Source: Macrostomum hystrix (taxonomy: Eukaryota > Animalia > Platyhelminthes). From it: a stretch of DNA of 64,000 bases. The stretch lies in assembly GCA_950097015.1 (NCBI GenBank), contig CATNEN010000002.1, forward strand, positions 6,448,001 through 6,512,000, given 5' to 3'. Below the pieces are notes generated by a model. It was not told the DNA's origin. It ran no database searches and saw only the letters and a program-made list of their open reading frames with translations. Below are positions 50,734 to 63,372 of the stretch, piece after piece (position 1 is the first letter of the stretch; every line of letters begins with the position of its first letter). Made by a program: the position numbers and the translations under genes.

Positions 50734-52274
50734 ACGAGCTTTTCTAAGAAAAAATACTTTAACGAAAAACTGCTTCAGAAAATTGAATGCCATCCAGCAC
50801 TCCACATGCCACTCCACTTGAATTTCTGTAGATGCTTCTTCCGAAAGCATCTTTTTCAACTCCGCAGTGAATTTTCAAAGGGATCGCATACGAGTCAATG
50901 ACTGCCAGCCGGTTTTTTAGTCAATTTAGTAATACGAGTAAATAACTGCCAGCCACAGCCCAACTGCCATGCGTCTCAGTGAATGCAATTCAAGCTTGGT
51001 TAATTCCGAATACAAAACTCAATGGAAAATTGGCAAGCATTGACTGGCAGCTGCGGGACCAAGGACCACTAGTAGATAGATAGATAGATACTCTACTTGA
51101 GTAGTCCGTGTTAAAACCTAGCCATAATTGGCCTTAATTAAAGAACGAAGCGAAACTGTGTCAGTATACTATTTGGGATTGGTTGTGAGAGCAGTCTAAG
51201 GCTTATTGCCTCTCGCACCATGGTCTCTGAGTTCTATTTAAAGCAGAAAGCAGTACTACCACTGGAGCAGTATTTAAACTAAAAAGTTTCCTCTTTGCAC
51301 CCGCCAATACTGGCCAGCGGTCAGCGGGCCAAGAAGCTTCAAGAGAACGCGCTGCGAGAGCGGCTGGAGGAGGCGAAGAGGCGTCATCTAGAAGCTGCGG
51401 CCAAACGACACCATAAGGAAGTGTCCGTGGAGCTGCTGCCGCCAGTCAGCAACCAGGATTCCGAGGTGCAGCAGCTGGATCTGATTGTTATCGATGCGAG
51501 CTGCCAGCCGACGGACCTGCTGCTGGACTTGGATTGAACTCGAGAACTTCGTGAAAGCGAAAAGTGCGAATGTGGTTGCTAAACAGAAAAATCACTGTTT
51601 ATTCTGTTTGGCACTGTACAACTCTAGAGGTTCATTCAGAGTCCAAAGGATCATAACAAGAATATAAAAAGTGCTGTAGGAGAGTTCTTGGTAATATCTA
51701 ATTAATGGCTTTAAGGAGTTTGACCTCGATTGTCCAACTCATAAGTCATTGTCTTTTGCCGTTAAATTACGCCACACGGATCGCAGATAGGATCATACCG
51801 TTTGCTAACACTAAAACATATTGCATAACAAATTTATGTTGATGTTTGTATATTCAGATATTTATATATTAATAAATTATAGTTATGTTTATGTTAACAA
51901 AACGGAAATTTTACGTTGTTTAATTTTGTATAAAAAAAACTAAAATGAAGCACAAAAACAGATGCAGAAGTAAAAGTATGCAAACGCATACACAATAACG
52001 GTTTTAAGAATCTTTAAACTTCTTGAATTAAATTCTTGGCCTCAATGCCTCACAGTTCTAAACGGCTATGGAACGTAAAAAATAGCATTAGCAGTGCAAA
52101 AAAATGTTAGAAAAAAAATTATACTATAAAATATCGCGCATGTTGATCCAGACTCAAATAAGATATGACCGTCAGCACTGGATTCTGTATATATAATGTT
52201 TCTTGTGTGCACAAGGTAGTTGCATAAGTTTGTCGTACGAGCTAACCCAAAATATTAGCGATCGTGTACAACGT

Positions 52275-52795
52275 TCAAGCGCCAAGTCCACCAGCCGCAT
52301 CTTCACCACCGGAATTAGTGGCACCACCGGAAGTACCAGCCGCATCTTCACCACCGGAATTAATGGCAGCACCGGAAGTACCAGACGAATCTTCACCACC
52401 GGAATTAGTGGCACCACCGGAGTTAGTGGCCAGTGGCCGAGTTACCAGGCGCACGCTCCAAGATCCACTCGTCGAGGTCATGCCTTTTCTTGCAATGCAC
52501 GTTGCCCATTAAACCGTTGTGTAGCACCAGTCCCGATCCTTGCGACCCCTTGCTCCTGAAGGTCACAGCATCTCCAATTTTCGGTTTGGATATGCTCATT
52601 TTCCACAGCTCATTATCCTTCTTAAACTCCCGACCGAAGTAGATCGAACCTGAACGGCTGTAGTACGCTACGTCATAATTTGGATAGTTCGGATTGTTCA
52701 ACTTGATACTGAAGTATTCGCCATGTGAGTCGCAGTGCTTTACGATGTTGAAGACAAACTCCTTGCTTTGGCCGAGGATCGCTCTCTGCCATGAT
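52275..52795 (-). pseudogene. Beta-rich protein fragment (possible beta-trefoil) with a Gly/Ser/Thr repeat tail, frameshifted, abutting the LINE tail
   Basis: Frame ...KEFVFNIVKHCDSHGEYFSI...VTFRSKG...DEWILE; removing one copy of the 7-bp duplication GGCCACT joins it to the (ATNSGGEDAAGTSG) repeats. Confidence 0.4.
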
Positions 52796-52799
52796 AGTA

Positions 52800-55700
52800 T
52801 AGTAATAATAATAATAATAATCTCACGCCCCGCGCCGACCACAAGTGGCCAAAAAAAAGGGGGGGCATCAAATCGCGCGCTTCAGGGCAAGGTCTCTGAC
52901 GTGCTTCACGCCGGCTGCCTGGCTGGGTGCTCGCGCATCATCAAAAAGACGGTCGATGTAGCGAGCCGTTCGTCCCTGTCCGCGCCTGCGAGGTCCCTGC
53001 GGAGTCCACAGCAGGACTTCCTGCAGCGGCTCTGAGCAGTAGGCTTCGGCCCGGATGACATGCCCGGCAAGCCGCAGACGTCGCTTGCTCAGCAGGGCAG
53101 AAGGCCGCGTCAGGCGCGCTCGCTGGTACAGGGAGTCGGTCGTCTCTCTGCGGCGAGCGCCGAACGCGGCACGAACCAGAGCCGCATGCGCCGCGTCGAG
53201 CTGCCCCTCGAGCGCCCCGGTCAGCGTCCAGGTCTCAGCATTGTACAGGAGGGCAGTCTCGACAACAGCCTGGAACAGCTGGGACCTGGCGCTGTCCGAC
53301 AGGGCCTCCGAGAGCAGCACCGCCCGAACAGATCGAAAGGCGGCCCAGGCGGCCTTTCCGCGCCGTCTCGCCAGGTCGTCGCTCACGTCCGGCACCAGCC
53401 CGCCGAGGTAGAGGAACTGACGGCACTTCGGAGCACCGTCCCAGGGGCATCGCCGTCTCGGAGTCGGAGTCGGATCTCGGCGGGTAGATCGTGCGGCACC
53501 GTCAGCACCTCGGTCTTTTTGGCGTTGATGACGAGGCCGACCCTCGCAGCCGCCGCAGTCAGGCCATCCAGCAGCCTTTGGGCGCCTTCGGCCGTCGTAG
53601 ACAGCAGGGCGAGGTCGTCCGCGTAGCCGAGGAGGGACAGTCTCTTCTCCGGGTGTCGCCGACTGGTGCGCCTTTGCAGTAGAAAGCCGTCCTCTGCGGT
53701 CGGCAGGCCGATCCTGCACACCCAGTCCATCAGCAAAACAAAGAGGAAGGGCGCCAGAGTGTCACCCTGCAGCACTCCGGAGGTCGTGCTGAACAGGTCC
53801 GACGGTCCGTCTGGCGTCGCTACTGCAGCGGTGGTATCCTGGTACAGCGCCATGATGGCGGAGATCAGCTGCTGCGGTACGTTGTAAGCACGGAGCACGA
53901 GAGGCAGCGCGCCGCGGGCCACCGAGTCGAAAGCCTTGAGGAAGTCAACAAAGATGACAACTAGGCTTGACTGGTGGATGCGCGCTTCCTCGATGATGCG
54001 GCGGAGGGCCAGGATCTGCGTCACTGTGCCACGACGAGGCCGGAACCCGTTCTGCTCGTACCGCAGGTACGGGTCCAGCACAGGCTGTAACCGTGCTAAC
54101 AGCACCCGGTTGAAAAGCTTCGCAGCACAGGACATAAGCGAAATCCCACGATGCTCCTCCAACCGTGTGGTGCCCGGCTTCTTCGGGATGCCGACGATGT
54201 TGGCGTGGGTCCACTCGCGGGGCGCGGCACCTCCCGCAAGGACGCCATTCATCACGCGGGCCACCTCCGTGGCAACCCTTGTGACTCTCAGCGCCTCGAC
54301 GGGGACTTCATCCGGACCGGGGGCGCGGCCTCCCGGTGCCTTGCGAGCGAACTCCACAATGTCGGTGCTGGTCACTGGACTGGTGTCGAAATCTTCCTGC
54401 CGCGGCAGCGCCACCTCGGGGGGCAGCGGCATCTCGTCCGGCAGAGTCGGCGGTGGCGCGTTGACAATGGCGGCGAAAAAGGTGCGCAGCTCGTTTCTGC
54501 GTTTCTCTGCAGTGTCGCCGGTCAGGTTCAACGCTGCCTTCCTCTTGCGACCGGTGAGGGCGTTTACGACCGGCCAAATAACTCTGTTCTGCCGTTCAGG
54601 CCTGACAGACGCAACTGCTCGGATCGCGTCATCAACAGCGGATTGCTGTCGTCTCGTGTAGGCGTCTGCCAGGGCTTTCTCGGCGTCAGATGTTGGTCGC
54701 CTGGCACGTCGCAGTTGCTCGACTGTGCGGCGGGCTTCTCGGACCTCCGAGTCGCTCGCCCAAACCGGAAGCTGCCGTGACGCGGGCTCCATTAGCGGCA
54801 GAGTCTTGGCAGCGGCAGTGGCGATAGCAGAGCTGATGGTGGTGTAGTCTGGCGCCTGCGCTGATCCCAGGGCAGTCGCAAAGGCGTACGCAAACCTGCT
54901 GCGGGTGCCTTGGTCTTGCAGGGCGAGGAAATATCTTCTTCTGGGGCGTTTTGGCGGCCTGTACAGCGGATCGGAAAGCCGCACGTCGCAGTAGAGCAGG
55001 CGGTGATCGGACTGGATAGCCAAGGGTTCCACGGTGTCGCAGTTCTTTAGCCGACTGCGTTCACGGTAGCGGACCCGCACGTGGTCGAGCTGCGCCAGGC
55101 GGGTCGTGGTGAAACGGCCTCGTGCGTTCCGCCTCCTCCGCTTGCAGCCGGCGAAGGTCGCCAGCCGGTTGGGCGGTTTGCGGAAGCGCGTATTGGCCGA
55201 CACCAGGTCGAGCCTCGCCATCAGGTCCGCTAGCGCGGCGGTGTTGGCGTTCTGGCGTGGCGACACAAACGGGCAGCGCTGGGACCGTGACGCGACGGCA
55301 TTGAGATCACCAAGCACCACCATCTCGAGCTGCTCCGACAGGAACTCGTAGAATTCCTGCGCCTCCTGCTGATGGGCAGCCGTGGGGGCGTACGCACAGA
55401 ACAGCCGCGCATTGCGGCGACGTAGCCTCACATCTACGCGCAGCAGTCGGGCTGACAAGCTGATGCAGCAGACGCTCTCGCGTAGTCGTGGCCCGACGAG
55501 CACGCCGACTCCTCCGCGGCCTCTGCTGTCCGCTGACGTGTAGTGCAGCGTCCAGCCGGCCCCCAGATCCTCACGGTGTAGTCCAGGCTCGGCAGTGACT
55601 GACACCTCCTGCAGCATGACGAGGTCCAGCCGCAGGTCGGATGCCAGCTGCGCGAGCATGCCCCTTCTCCAGGCGGACTTCAGCGTTCGGCAGTTGAAAG

Positions 55701-56013
55701 TGGCTAGCCTTAGAGCGCGATTTGTAACAGCTGGGGCCCGGTGTTGGTGGGCCTCTCGGTCCCCGGCGCCACCCGGAGGAACCGGTTGTTCGTGGGTCAG
55801 CAGATGATTGTTGGCAGCAGACCGGCGGAGGTGGCCTTTCGTTCGCCCTCGCCGATTTCGTTCCCTTCGCCTCTCAATGCGGCGTTGGGTGCTTCGCTGT
55901 CCACGCCGGCCTCCCGTCCTGCCGCACTTGGCAGCCGCAGCACCGGGGCGCGGCTCTCCGTGTTGGCCGAGGCAAGCGCTGGAGGCTCCAGCGTCACCAG
56001 GAGGCGGCGGCAT
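52800..56013 (-). mobile_element. RTE-like non-LTR retrotransposon (APE endonuclease + RT), one frameshift near 53432, (ATT)n tail
   Basis: APE motifs ATFNCRTL, MLQEV, AYAPT, GDLNA, LDHV, SDHRL; RT motifs APGPDEV, RGISL, QNGFR, FVDFLKAFDSV, GVLQGDTLAP, YADD; C-terminus continues in ORF 52868-53719. Confidence 0.93.
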
Positions 56014-56244
56014 TTATTTGCACCAGCGTCTCATTCTAAGTATCATTCTAAAAAAACGTTTCTAAGCATAGCACAGATTCTATATTATCTATAATATAGA
56101 ATCTGTGAAGCATAGTGAATATCTTGTTCATTAAATGTCTATGGTCCGATTTAAGTCAACTATAGAATGGATTTAAAGCGAAACATGAGTAAAGCTGCGT
56201 TTTTTAGCTTTGTGAGCAAATAGAAAATCCATTGCTAGAATAGA

Positions 56245-57617
56245 ATGTTTAGGATTAATCCATTGATTGATTTATCTGCGGATTTTGTCGGCGATTATGA
56301 TCCAAATGTTCTGTCCACCGAATATTTTGAGCGACTACTCAGCTCTGAAAATGATCTGAGTGATCCCTATGTGTTGAAAAAGTTGCGTGAAGAGGAACGA
56401 CAACAGTTGGAAGCCAGAGAGGGAGCTGAGTTTGGAGAAGGAATGCAAGTTGCACCACAAGTTACGGCTTCTGGGTCTTCAACTGCAGACGGAATCGAGT
56501 ATGATATTGAAGTGATAAAGCAACTCATGGCACAACAAAGTCGGTGAATACAGTCAATAGAAATCGCTGGGCGGTGAGTGTGTTTGACCGATAGAGACGC
56601 AGCAAGGCATATGACTGCAGCCGCGACGTGCATAACTTGGGCGATTCCGAGCTAAGCAAGTGTCCGTCCGTCTTTATTCACGAAGTGCGACGCGAAGATG
56701 GAATGAAATACCCTCCAAATTCACTGGTGTCACTGATTGCCGGCCTATAGCAGACAGTCCGTACAGTTCGTCAGGTCGACTTCTTCAGAGATGAGGCATT
56801 TCGAGGTGAATCTCTAGCTTTAAGAGAAAGCTTGGATGCCGCTATGAAGATCGGTACAAAGGAAGGACTAGGACTAAACAAACAGCACGCAGAGATTGTC
56901 AGCTACGCAGATGAAGAGAAGCTGAGGGACAATGTCCTGGGCAGCGAAACACCTGAGCAGCTCTTAAGGACACTCTTCTATCTAAACAGTTTGCACTTTG
57001 CCCTTCGGGGTGGTCAGGAACATAGTCAGCTGTCCATTGACCAATTCCGCCTCGAGGACAGAAACGGCAAGATGTGCCTTGTATACAAGGAGACTGAAAC
57101 CAAGACCAATGCAGGCGGTTTGAGTGACACTCGCTACGAGCCAAAGGAGGTCATCCAGTTTCCCAACGAGACTAACCCTCCTCGCTGCCACGTTCGATTG
57201 TTTCAAAAGCTCATGTCTGTAAGGCCGAGCGGCAACAAACGGTTCTATTTGCTGCCCGCCAAGACGCCTACGCACATTTGGTTCTCCAGTCGACCGATCG
57301 GAAAAAACCAGTTAAGCAAATTTCTAGCCGACATGTGCAAAACGGCTGGTGTCCAAGGCAAGAAGACCAGCCATAGTCTGCGCGCAACCTGCGCTACTAT
57401 ACTTTATCAATCTGGTATCGAGGAACAACAGATAATGGAGCGCACTGGACATCGGAGTGTCACCGGAGTGCGAACGTACAAGCGAACGTCGGATATTCGG
57501 ATTTGTCATTCATCGGCAGTCTTGGACAACAAGAAGCTTTGTGAGGTTGCTAAGGCGTTTGGTGCCAGCAGCTTTGTCTTCAACAATTGCTCAGTACTCG
57601 TAGTTATCAACAACTAA
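56245..57617 (+). pseudogene. Crypton-A-like tyrosine recombinase (DUF3504 type), inactivated
   Basis: FALRGGQEH, HSLRAT, TGHRS, YKR motifs intact; frame extends upstream through WAVSVFDR*, EVRREDGMKYPPNSL..GL*; stops at 56592 and 56748, frameshift near 56540. Confidence 0.85.
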
Positions 57618-58461
57618 ACTAAAACTTCGCGTTATGTTGCCCCGATAGTTTCAAATTTTGTCGCGTTTGTACTTTTTTCGAATTCGTTGCGAGTGGGTGA
57701 ACTTGCGGGTTTGGCGAAAAATACGAGTACATCCCCGAAAAGCAAAGATAACAGTCCGCTGTTGTGTCTCTAGCTTTTTTATGACTCTGAAAGTCTCGTA
57801 TTCGAATGCTTGTCTTAAAATAAACTGTCGAAAATGAATATTGAGTTTTCTAAATTGAATATCGGATGTGTTGAAGTCGAAATGGAAAATGTGCAGCGCA
57901 AATGTCGAGTCTCGAAAAATGCAATAACAACATCGAGGGTCCTCTGAATCATTTTTCTATGATCAAACGATTGAAATGTGGCTCGAAATTATGTACTGCA
58001 AGACCTCCTTTAACACTAGAAAGACGGGGGTATTTCAAATGCAGAATGTTTTCTGTATATCCCAACATATTCAACCAATCGCCATGAAAATCCTCAACTC
58101 GGACTAAAATGCAGTTGGGAGCTATCGTCAAGTAGGCAGTGGGTATTTGAAATACCCCCCATCGTCTTAGCGTGGTCTTTCTACTGGCGCTCGCTAAATT
58201 TCAATTACTTAGATTTCACAATACGCTACTTACAGTAGGTCCTGATGCCCATCCTACTTATTAGTTGTTGCTTCATTACAAAGCTGAATCTTTGGTTTAG
58301 AAAATTTAGCCAACCACTTTCCCGCAAAAATGGTTGCAAAATTCCTAAAGAGAGTCTATATATATACATTGCTTCTATAAAGAGCCTTACTCAAGATTCG
58401 AGTACAGCTGCTAAAAGCCTTGTGAAAACATTACATCTAGTTTATACAAAGTACAACAAAT

Positions 58462-61400
58462 ATGCTGGGAGACCGCATTCAAGACACCAGCCAACCATGC
58501 AGCCAAGAGTTTGTGCAGGCGGTGATTACAGGAAATGCTGACGTCATCCGAAAGTGTGTCAAGGCTGGAATGAGCGTCAATGCACTCTACAATTACCAAG
58601 GTATTACGATACCCGCTCTGCACTTGGCTTGTTTCTTAGGGCAGGCTCGGTCCGCAAAGTGTTTAATCGAAGTGAACGCTGACGTGGATTTGCGCCTTGA
58701 ACTTGCGCCTGCTTCTCCACTTTACACAGCCTGCCATCAAGGTCACACTGAAATAGTTGCCATGCTCATCCATGCTCAAGCTGATGTCAATTTAAGTTGC
58801 TGTGGCAGCGGCATCTTTCCGATCTACATCGCTGCCCAGAACGGTCATGCTAATGTTGTAAAACAGCTGATCAGTGCGCAATGTGATTTGGACGCAAGCA
58901 TAGTTAGCGGAGGTTCAGCTCTCCATGTTGCGGTGCAGAATGGTCACCAAGAAGTTGTTGACCTGTTAATCAAGCTGCAAGCTGATGTCAATCTGCTGAG
59001 TAGCTCAGGGAATACTCCACTCTGCATCGCATCCCAAGAAGGTCACCATCAGGTTGTGAAATCCCTCATCTGCGGACTAGCCAACACTTCTTTAGAAGGC
59101 TCAACACTATCACCGCTGACTCTTGCGTCTCAGAATGGTCACCAAAGAGTCGTCGACCTGCTCATCGAGGCGAGAGCAGAAGTAAATTTTCGCGGAAAAA
59201 CAGGAAGGGCACCATTGCATGCTGCATCGGCCAGCGGTCATCAGCAAGTTGTGCAGTCGCTCATCAATTCAAACGCTGATGTAGATCTCCTAGCCCCACA
59301 GGGCTATTCATCTCTACACATCGCTTCTCGCAATGGCAAGGAAGAGGTCGTCAGGCTCCTCATCCGACACCAAGCCAATATCGACCTTCAAACTCCAGAA
59401 GGGCTTTCACCTCTGCACGCCGCGGTACACTCGGATCACTTTAATGCGGCAGAATGTCTGGTCAAAGCGAATGCTGACGTCAATCTTCAATGTAACATGG
59501 GGTACTCAGCCCTCTATATTGCTTCTAACAGAGGAAATTGTCAAATAGCAGAACTACTCATCAAAGCACAAGCCGACGTCAATCTAGAATCGAAAAGAGG
59601 TTACTCACCGCTGTGCGTTGCCACGCAGAAAGGCCATCATGAAGTTGTAAAATTGCTCATCAGTGCTCAAGCCGATGTGGATGTCCAGACTAATCTGGGA
59701 CATCATCCGCTTTACATCGCAGCGCATCACGGCTTCGACACACTGGTGGATTCACTCGTGAAAGCGCAGGTGAATGTCAATCTTCCGTCGATGAGCAGTT
59801 ACTCAGCGTTGCATATAGCTACGCAGCGAGGTCACTATCGAGCGGTTCGATCGCTTTTGGCAGCAAAAGCTGACGTCTTTCAGGAGACAGCCAGCGGCGA
59901 GCGAGCTGTGCAGATAGCACTGAAAAGAAGGAATGCAGACATAATAAATCTGCTTGATGAAGACAATTTCAGCAAGCAGCTCGCGTCGCAACATGAAGAA
60001 ATCCCATTTGGGATTTGGGATCAGCACAGAAATCATGATAGGATTGTAACTAAAATGTGAGCCCTGAGATAAGTTGCTTGCAATTATATCAAACCTATTA
60101 AACCAAAAAAGTAACTTAAATAAAATATGAGTTGGTAAAGTTCGAAGTAACTTTTCTAACCTACAAACAAGGGTTGTGAACTAGCGTGTCTAAATTCAAA
60201 AAAATCTTTCAAAGCTCTTTTATCCCTTCCCTGCTGATCTTCTCTTTAGAGACGTCCCTGGCGACCATGAGCTGAGCGAGCAGCTGCACAATGCACTCAC
60301 TCAATCAGGATTCGTGGAGTCTAGGGTCGCACTGCAGATTGCGGTGGCCGATGTCCTGCAGGACATTCAGAGGAACCGGCAGCACCGGCAGCTTCTCGGA
60401 GGGCTGGGGAAACAGCTTGGATACTTTGAACGGCCGAGTTGACATTGAATCGGATATCGACATGATGCAGCTTGTTCAAGGCCAGCTGCATCATCTGAAA
60501 GGGTTCTGCAACTGCGCCAATGCGGGCGTGCTGCGCGACTACAACAATGGTCACATTGTCTGCCCCGGCTTTGGTAAATAGCTACGCATGTACTTTTATG
60601 CACTATTCAAATCCGATTTTGTCAAGAATTTTGCAATAAAGTTTTTTTTCTGAAAATCTGGTTACAATCAGGAGTTAACAGTAGAATGACTAAGTAGAAT
60701 ATTTCAAATACCCACATTTTCATTTTTCTGTATCTCCCAAACTAGTGAAAATCAAGAGAACGGGCTTAACATTTCCACTCTATCCGATGAGACGACTTCC
60801 AGATTCACAAAACATCGGCATCGTTGACATATTTTAAGGATTGTTGGCAGCTTCTCGGAGGGCTGGGGAAACAGCTTGGATTCCCGTCGGGGTGTCTGGT
60901 GGCAAAAACCACCAAAACTGGCAAAATTTGACTTGAAGAGATTGCACAAAGCGATGTTGTTTATCGAAGACACGTGTCACCAGTATCTTCGATAAGAATC
61001 GGCTGAATATCTCGACGATCCTGACGTCGGACGGCTTTGAAAGTTAGTTGGTCGTAAACGGCGGAAAATGGCGTGTGACTTTCTACTGTTAATGCTTCTT
61101 ACGCTACGTTCTTACTAAACATTTTTTTATTGAACATTATGCTATTTAAGACAAAGCATTTCATGATTGCAGCATCCAGTCCCGCACTGCCGACCGCTGG
61201 CTGCGCCCAGAGACCAGCAGTAGACAGAGTGTCAGCTGATCGGTTGTGCCAGTATCCGCCTATCGCGCCTCTCCAATCAAGCCGACTCGCCAAGTCGAAC
61301 ATTCCGGAGTCCGTGCTGCAGTCACTCCAACAGGATCTCACCAGTCCTTCAACGCCGTGTCATGTGGTGCGCGCAGCTTCTCCTGGTCGAGGAGGCGAAG

Positions 61401-62638
61401 AGCTCCGCGTGAGCACCAGCTTCCTCGAGAAGCGAATGCTGAGAAGCCTCAAAACCCTGCAAGGTCAGATGTTCGTCACACTCAAGTACCTGGTCAAGAA
61501 GGTCATCAGCCACCAAGATGGGTTCGGTGAGCAGGGCCTGAAGCCATATCACATGAAGACCATCACATTCCGAATGGTGGAGAAGACACTGCCTGAGGAG
61601 TGGAAGCCACAAAATCTCGTGAGTCTGGTTAGGAGATCCCTGCAGATGCTGCTTGACAGTGTCAAGAGTAACCGTACTGACGACAATCTTCATGGCCGGA
61701 TCATGAAGCACTTCTTCCTGAGCGATGCCGCTCTGTACCTCAAGGGCGTCGGTCAGAAGGACATAAGCCAGACTATGAGCAGAATCTCAGAAATACTGAG
61801 AGTTGTCATTGAATGGCTGCCTTACTTGATTTTGGGGTACATCAGGAAACTCAAAGCAGTGAGCGACAATGGCTTATTCTACTTTCACCCTTTCCAAGTC
61901 CTGCCTGAACTGTCTCTAATGCCAGTGACACAGTCCAGCAGTTCCGAGTATCACGAGATCTACGATATCGTAGGAAGGTGCTTGTTGCATCTATCAGACG
62001 GTGCTTGTGGCATGAAACTCCAAGAGTTGCTCAACGACATTTCAAAGATTCCAGAGTGCGCATTCACAACACGAGAGGCCCTCAGAGCGCTGGCTTTGCT
62101 CAAGTTCGGCGATAGAGAAGCGGCCACGAGAGTCCTAGACGAGTACAGGGGACACGGAGTTAGCTGGGGAATATTGTGGCCGTCCGCAAGGTTGGCGTCA
62201 GAGGCCAGCATGGGAATTGTGCGCGAGCATCTGCAATTCAACGACTCAACTTGGAAGTTCTGCTTCAATTTTTCCAATCGACCAAACTTCTGCAACGTGC
62301 CAGCATCCATAGCTGGATTTTTTCCAATCGAAGTAATAGCTTGCAAAAACTTATTTTACATTAACTTTCATGCATTGTTGTGGGCCTTGCGGTTCGAGCT
62401 GCAGACAGAAAGTCCAACGACTTTGCTAGCCTGGATTGAAGGCGTCGCGAACGACACTCACCCTGATGCACAGGAACTGCTTGTTGCTGCCCTGAACTCT
62501 AGGAATGCCAGGCACGCTCGCATTATTCTAGATAGGCAGAGAGATGTACCAACGAGAGTGCTCAGCCGCTTCATCCGAATTCTGAGAGAGTACCGGAAAG
62601 ATTGGCGCCTACCGCCATCGCTCAACTCGCAATTCTGA
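58462..62638 (+). CDS. Ankyrin-repeat (~14-15) + cGAS-like/Mab-21 nucleotidyltransferase (ANK-cGLR); exons 58462-60056, 60250-60573, 61173-62638; frameshift near 60370-60385
   Basis: AT|gtgagc donor joins ttag|A in frame to DVPGDHELSEQLH; GSFSEGW...SDIDMM motif; G|gtaaat joins cag|CA in frame to AVDRVSA, CHVVRA, LRVSTSFLEKRML, PYHMKT, HFFL. Confidence 0.8.
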
Positions 62639-63372
62639 GGTCAAATTTCAACGTTAAACTTGAACCATTTGCTTTTTTTAAATGGCATGGTGTAAAAGTA
62701 CAAGATCTATTCCTCTCATGTTTAAACATTATCTACTTATGTTTAGCACAAGTTTAACAATTCTCTCAAGCGCAGAAACAACCTAAAATAAGCAGTTTAA
62801 GAGTCAGTTTATCATTTCATCAAATTAGCTTTACTCTGAGGATTAAAAAGCCTTCAGCTGCTGTCGGCTGCACACCTGGCTTAATTACAAATTACAAATT
62901 TTTATAAAGGAAACATTAACTGGCACTGCAAAAGCACAGACCATACAAAATGTTTCCTTTTGTTCTGCTTTTCTGAGTCCTAGGTACGTGCTACTAAAGC
63001 GATGACAACAATGAGAAAAAGCAAATGGAACAGCACCTTATACACATGAATGAACATTATTGTTCTATTCAACCATCTCTCTTGTTTACGGGCTGCCGTA
63101 CGCTATGTACACATCTCTTGCTGCAGGAAATCTGCTTTCGTGCAGTTAAGAGCCTCTCACTTACCTTTTTCAAGTACGCTCTACCGTTTCTAGCCCGTTT
63201 ACAGTAGTTTAATGGAGGGACGAGAAGTGGTCGTTGCGAGGAATAACAAAGCATACGACTGTATAACTAAAATTCTGTTTCAAGTCTTACAAATACCTTT
63301 TTACTCGGATTTTTAGAAACACTACTCAAAGTAGAATGGTTAAGGACTATTTCTATTTAAACGCGTCGGGGC

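Noticed and set aside
52800-56050. TSD around the LINE
   Set aside because: No direct repeat found between the tail flank and the 5' flank
58010-58175. Small MITE (GGGGTATTTCAAAT / ATTTGAAATACCCC)
   Set aside because: Inverted repeat seen but termini and TSD could not be fixed
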